NCBI GenBank assembly: GCA_040285825.1
Contig: JAUPSS010000001.1
Span: 3,348,001 to 3,412,000, forward strand
Source of the DNA: Eukaryota sp. TZLM1-RC
Taxonomy: Eukaryota; Protista; Metamonada: BaSk clade
Direction: 5' to 3'
Length of the DNA: 64,000 bases
Below the pieces are notes generated by a model that was not told the DNA's origin, ran no database searches, and worked only from the letters and a program-made list of their open reading frames with translations. This document shows positions 58,889 through 64,000 of this stretch, piece after piece. Each line of letters opens with the position of its first letter. Within the stretch, counting starts at the first letter, position 1. The translations under genes and the position numbers were made by a program.

Positions 58889-59436
58889 ATAATAATAATT
58901 GCAATATTATAGTTATTCCCGATGATGTAGAGTTTTCTTTAAATGTTGTTTTAATTCTTCTCACCATTCCTTGATAGTCGTGTTTTGGGCTGAAGTCTAC
59001 AATCTCTTTTTTTTTCATACTGTTAATGAGAGTTCTATTTCTTCCTTTGTTTTCTTTGAAGAAATCCTAAGAATCTCGTCACGATGATGTTTAAATATTG
59101 GTTATTAGCACAGAGAGGTTGTCAAATAGTATTAACTGGGAATGAATAGAATTAAAATATTCCAACATGTCTTCTAACTCTTTTTCAATCAGTTTCTGCC
59201 ATTGACACTTACTCTGGGTCTATCACTTCAATATCATCTGCATGTCTATTTATTTAAATTAAACTAAACCATGACTTGCACATACATAACATATTCTATT
59301 AAGACTCAATCATCGGGAGGGGATTGAAAACACACACAGAAATTACAGTTGTAATAAGAAAAAAAACGGCTAAAAACTATATTCTATAAACACAAACTAA
59401 ACACAAACTAAGCACAAACATTAATCACAAAGTTTG

Positions 59437-60267
59437 TCAAAGACTCATAGATCGAAGTAGTTTCAGCTGCATATGCCGATCTTCATCAACCAATGATAAC
59501 ATCAATTCTGCATCAGCCTCCCAATAGATATGATCTCCATCTATGTAAGGATCCAATTCATTGAGTTCGCTGACTGTGGCCACCAGCGTGCCTATATCAG
59601 CATACAACAGTTTCGCTTCATCAAGAAGTTCATTCATTGCTTCCTTAACCGTCGCAGTTGTGAAGCGATTAGAGCCATGAAAGTATATTACACCACGAGA
59701 GTTGTGGGCTGTGGTGATCACATCAACAGCTAGATCAAGTCGTTTGTCGTACTTGAGATAAAACTTTACATTGGACAGACTAATAGAGCTTTTGGAATAG
59801 ACAAAAGTAAACGTCTTAGAACTAGAATTATACTCAACATTGACTTTAACGTCCATATCCTGCAGAAGAGGTTCTAGTGCTGCTTCAACAGCCTTTATTT
59901 TTGTATCAGAGTCAAGTGAGTCAACGGCAAGAAACCTATTGTCTAGAGTAGCGATAAGGTTCATTGTTCCAACTTGCGGTCGGTTTGTGACTCCTACATC
60001 ATCTGATAAAAGATAAGCAGTAACAATCACGAGAGTGACAGTTAAAACAGCACCCAAAATGAAACTACATAAAGATGATGGACTTTTTGATGATCGATTA
60101 TCCTCGGACACAGAAGTTGGGCCAATGAGTTTAGGAAACTCCATGTGACTATTGATGTTTTGTTTGTGGGTAAATAGAGGTAATGGTTGCGATTCACTGT
60201 TCCTGGGCTTAAGACGGGGTAACTTTGTGAATCCGTCACCTACATGATTAGGAAGTGTAGAGTTCAT
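59437..60267 (-). CDS. Hypothetical type II membrane protein
   Basis: Single TM segment (FILGAVLTVTLVIVTAYLL); the real start may be MEFPK. Confidence 0.6.
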   Translation of the reverse strand: MNSTLPNHVGDGFTKLPRLKPRNSESQPLPLFTHKQNINSHMEFPKLIGPTSVSEDNRSSKSPSSLCSFILGAVLTVTLVIVTAYLLSDDVGVTNRPQVGTMNLIATLDNRFLAVDSLDSDTKIKAVEAALEPLLQDMDVKVNVEYNSSSKTFTFVYSKSSISLSNVKFYLKYDKRLDLAVDVITTAHNSRGVIYFHGSNRFTTATVKEAMNELLDEAKLLYADIGTLVATVSELNELDPYIDGDHIYWEADAELMLSLVDEDRHMQLKLLRSMSL

Positions 60268-60334
60268 TCTTACAGTTATTGTCTATAACAATGAAACAAG
60301 TGCCCTATTTACACCAATGTAAAACTGAACTGTT

Positions 60335-60530
60335 TTCAGAATTGTATTTTCAATTTTCAAAGGTGTTGATCCCACATTATCTTCAGCTTTGTTAACTCTT
60401 GGACGCGTTTATGAAAGAAAAACCTCCAGTCAATTCTTCTTGGCTGACTTGGGTTATGAAGACATGGAATTTTAACCTGGTCGTATAGTTTGTTTTTTAT
60501 TGTAATAAATAAGAAAATTGTTTAAAAAAA
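60335..60530 (+). mobile_element. CRE-like family F 3' stub
   Basis: RIVFSIFKG...YERKTSSQFFLADLGYEDMEF*. Confidence 0.7.
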
Positions 60531-61079
60531 TGTAAAACTGAGTTTTTGAGAATTTTTGATACATATTTTATAGGACTGTCCAGGTTCAGTTCGGAACTGG
60601 TTCTGAATTTCTTGAACTGGTTCAGTTCAGTTCAGTTCAAGAATGATAGGTTCAGGTTCTGAACCAGTTCACCCAATGTCTCAGATTGTTTTTCTACTAC
60701 TGTTTATAACTTGTACTCAGTTATTGCAATGGCATAAAATAAATGAATACATCCAGTAATTTATAAATATATGATTAATATTTGTTTAATTTGGTTTTTC
60801 AAACTTTCAAATCAAAGTTTATATCTTGCAATCGGCCTCTTTCGTTTCATTTCTATGGAAGAACACACAATATCTTCTCCTTTCACTTCAGCCAACAGGT
60901 CCTGGGTTCTGAAAGATATGACCCGTCTCCCAAATGGTCTTGTCCGTTGTGACATCACTACCTGTGAACGAAATGCCAACCCCTATGGTAAGAACACCGG
61001 AAATGGAGCCCTAATGCGTCATCTCCGTAGAAACCATAACTCTCTTTGTATTGTTTTCAAAATAAAAATTTTTTATAAA

Positions 61080-62177
61080 TGTTGTTGTTACTGATTAACT
61101 ATCTTGCTAGACAGATGAAGAATTTACATGATGACGTGGCACTTGTTCAAAAACAAGTATTTCTATTAATAAAGCTCTTTTCTCTCTTTACTTCTTTGGT
61201 ATTTCTGCCTAACGGCATCAATAATTATTGGCCCTCATTGCAGATGAAATCTACACACGTACCACATCCGTCCCTTGCTTCTATGGAAGTGGATGATGTT
61301 CTGTTGTTCCTACAACAGTGGAAGGTGTACTCTTCTGTTACACCGAAAAAGGACCTTGTTCCAGCAAGGCTCCTCGTTGACCCCTTCTTGTTAGAATCAT
61401 TGGTTCTCACAAGACCTGGGGTCGATTCATCCGATGAGGTGTTTCTGGATCATTTAAGATTTTCCACCTCGTTTTCCTCGTACAAGGAATTCAACTTGGT
61501 GATGTCTGAGTTGAAGGTTGATGTCCGTAAGGGCGACGTCCGTGAACGTATGTCCTGCTACCTGAGACGTTTTCTTCAGGCGAAAAGCAGGGCTTCCGGA
61601 CTGAAACTGCCTGACTCAGCCTTCATGATCAGATTCGCCAAGGGTATTCTTCCATTAGGACTGCAGAAATCTCTGATTTCTCGAATTCGGGATGAGGTAT
61701 TCCCCGATTTTCCTACATTGGTAAATACCGCAGAGGATGAACTACTTGATTGCACTCGAGTAGCTTCTTGGAACAGGTCTTCAAAGACTGTTTCTGAAAA
61801 TACCGACTCTGTGCGTCAAGCTGGTATGAAGTCTCGTTCATCCCATAGGTCTCGCAATTTGACTGAAGGGACATGTTTCAAATGTCACCAGAAAGGTCAT
61901 CTAGCTCGTGATTGCCCCTCAAAAGTTAAGCACGAAGTCAATCATTTACGCCACGTGCCTCAGTATCTCACAAATCCCCTTTCTTCATTATGCTAAATTG
62001 TTCACGAAACTGTTGAAAGAAAATGGGAAGAAGTAGTGTTGTTGTTACTGATTAAATATCTTGCTAGACAGATGAGGAATTTACATGATGACGTGGCACT
62101 TGTTCAAAAACAAGTATTTCTATTAATAAAGCTCTTTTCTCTCTTTACTTCTTTGGTATTTCTGCCTAACGGCATCA
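61080..62177 (+). mobile_element. Gag-only LTR element (1.1 kb), 141-bp LTRs, 4-bp TSD TAAA
   Basis: LTRs at 61080-61220 and 62037-62177 (TG..CA, 2 differences seen); purine tract before the 3' LTR; nested in the hAT element. Confidence 0.9.
61244..61996 (+). CDS. gag: Gag protein with CCHC knuckle
   Basis: MKSTHVPHP...WKVY...CFKCHQKGHLARDCP; intact 250-aa frame. Confidence 0.85.
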   Translation: MKSTHVPHPSLASMEVDDVLLFLQQWKVYSSVTPKKDLVPARLLVDPFLLESLVLTRPGVDSSDEVFLDHLRFSTSFSSYKEFNLVMSELKVDVRKGDVRERMSCYLRRFLQAKSRASGLKLPDSAFMIRFAKGILPLGLQKSLISRIRDEVFPDFPTLVNTAEDELLDCTRVASWNRSSKTVSENTDSVRQAGMKSRSSHRSRNLTEGTCFKCHQKGHLARDCPSKVKHEVNHLRHVPQYLTNPLSSLC

Positions 62178-62679
62178 TAAAGAAGACAATTCTTTTATTA
62201 TAGGTGGTTCAAAACTGGTTCAGTTCAGTTCAGTTCAGGTTCCAAATTTATTTGTGAACTGAACTTGGACAGCCCTACTTTGGAACGTCCAGAAAATATT
62301 ATTTTATTCAAATAAAATTGTAAACAAAGCTAAAAATCAATCTCCTCAAACTCCACATCTACTATAGAACACTCACCTACAGCATTTTCTTCATAAAATT
62401 TTCCTAGTGATAACAACGAGCTAGAAACAAGGCTATATATTCCCTTAAAATTAGAAAATACAATTCTGTTTCGTTTTTCGTGGTTTAAGAAAATAACAAT
62501 GAAGACATTTGATGTCTTTTTGTGGCGGTGGCGAATTTAATTGACCATAATTAATAGACTAACTCGGTTCTTTTATAACAGAAACAAAGGCAAGAAAATA
62601 AGCAGATCAGTATTTTGTAGAGATAATCTTGGTACATTGGTTTTAGTCTCATTAGTTATGAGTTCATTTATAATACTTA

Positions 62680-63670
62680 TTTTATTGAACTTGCACACTT
62701 AACAAAAAAAACTCATATCTGAAGGGATGAAATTCATTGAACCAGATTTCCTCTATATTATTTTGATCTGCTTGATGTCTAGCTAAAGCTTCTCTAATTC
62801 GATTGAAGAACCGAGAAAATCTATGAATAATGGAAAATTGAATTCGAGAGCGCCACAATGAGATATCAAATCTTTTCATTGTTTTTTCTTGCATTATTTT
62901 TTGAAAATCATTCAAAAAACTTCCTGCTTCTAGTGATAGTCTTCCGTTTATCGAAAATGGGAAAGCAACAAAAACAAGAGGTCTACTTTTATCAGTTTTA
63001 GACTCATTCGATATCTTTGTCATATGTTCTATATTTTCCTTTAGCTTTAAATTCAAGAGCACTTACAGGATTAAGTTTTCTTCTTTGACTGAAGAACGAT
63101 AAGTTATCAATTTCGAACAATTGAGAGCATGACGCAAAGTGAGCTGTGGTGAATTCGAACAAATACATTTTTCTTTTGATAATAATAAAAGTGATATTTA
63201 TTGAACATGCACTTAACCTAACACTTAATTAAATTAATCCATAACTAATGGGACGACTATCATTGAACCAAGATAATAATTGATTAATGAGGATATTCAA
63301 ACATAATCTCATTTATATTACAACCGCTTCATTATTAGCACACAGCCCAAATCTTCGTGGTACAATAGTCACAAAAAGTGAAGAATTTGATGACTGATTT
63401 TCACAAACACCTTTTTCCAATAACAATGAGTGGAGATCTTGATTTAAAAAAGCCGAGCCGAGCTGCATATATTTCTATAAAGATCAATTTCATACAGTCC
63501 AGTCAATCGTTTTTGTAGTGTTCAAAGAGTGTATTTTAAATTTAAATAATTCTATTCTGGAATATTGTCATTGAATGATTGGGGAAAGCATTGAGTCTAT
63601 TTTTCTACATCGATTTTTGAAATTTCTTCATATAATCCAAAAATAGTAGAACTTTGTGTTGTCATTAATA
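62680..63670 (-). mobile_element. Degenerate family B copy containing a nested 85-bp family B 3' stub (63187-63271; TSD GATAATAAT)
   Basis: ORF 62682-63062 (WRSRIQF); duplication at 63178-63186 and 63272-63280. Confidence 0.75.
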
Positions 63671-63719
63671 AAACATTCATAGTTCATTTTATTAAGTGTT
63701 GTAGTTCAATAAAAATCTC

Positions 63720-64000
63720 TATGTGGTTCCATCACTGCCATCATATTCAATGAAGCCTTTCAATCTCTATTCCACTTACTTTCCCATGATTTACACATGG
63801 TAAGCCCTTGACGATTAGACATCTGATGCGTCTTTCATGCCTTTTGGTTTCTACCTTGGATGCCCATCGGAACCCTTCATCTACCTTCTCCGATTTCTTG
63901 CATTAGACTGTTCTTGTTGTCTAGCTTACATTTCAAAACTTCCAAATCCTAATGGACAAATTCCACTGCAATATTAAATCCATCTTGTTGTTTGAATAGT
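63720..64000 (-). pseudogene. Fanzor1 C-terminal fragment (fourth remnant, runs off the window)
   Basis: Hand translation RQGLTMCKSWESKWNRD*KASLNMM (zinc ribbon + RuvC-III). Confidence 0.65.

Larger units (their letters stand above)
60571..62277 (+). mobile_element. Non-autonomous hAT-like DNA transposon with BED-finger remnant
   Basis: 22-bp TIRs, 20/22 identical (TAGGACTGTCCAGGTTCAGTTC vs TAGGGCTGTCCAAGTTCAGTTC); subterminal GTTCA arrays; BED motif SWV..C..C...LMRHLRRNH from the ATG at 60855; no TSD found. Confidence 0.75.

Noticed and set aside
58890-59240. Possible fifth Fanzor remnant (VIDPE..., MVRRIKTTF..II on the minus strand)
   Set aside because: Too degraded, with no unambiguous RuvC or zinc motif; needs an HMM search.
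60584-60670. GTTCA repeat arrays as CRISPR-like or satellite repeats
   Set aside because: No spacer structure; explained as subterminal repeats next to the hAT-like TIRs at both ends.
63716-63745. 13-nt match (CTATGTGGTTCCA) to the RuvC-I region of the 14.5-kb Fanzor
   Set aside because: Its orientation is inconsistent with the minus-strand Fanzor motif here, and it is short enough to be chance.

Overview
AT-rich, gene-dense eukaryotic DNA from a flagellated protist. Evidence: axonemal CFAP43 and a CCDC148-like gene, ~30-nt GTATGT..CAG introns, and the standard genetic code. About 10 host genes and 2 tRNA genes sit among many nested mobile elements. These include (i) at least six families of CRE-clade RT+RLE non-LTR retrotransposons, labelled A-F here, plus a HERO-like family; (ii) a 7.1-kb Ty3/gypsy element with identical LTRs and a ~560-aa uncharacterised insert between RNase H and integrase; (iii) a gag-only LTR element nested in a hAT-like element; and (iv) four separate Fanzor1 (eukaryotic TnpB-like RNA-guided nuclease) remnants. 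One Fanzor is near full length and is followed by a ~200-nt structured omegaRNA-like region. Its predicted guide would be read from a multicopy retrotransposon. Other notable points: an in-frame chimeric RT/RLE ORF made by a nested insertion with a 15-bp TSD, an 8-nt palindromic spacer between LTR and PBS in two different LTR elements, and retroelements abutting both tRNA genes. Family names come from motif recognition by eye, with no database searches, and the boundaries of degraded fragments are approximate.
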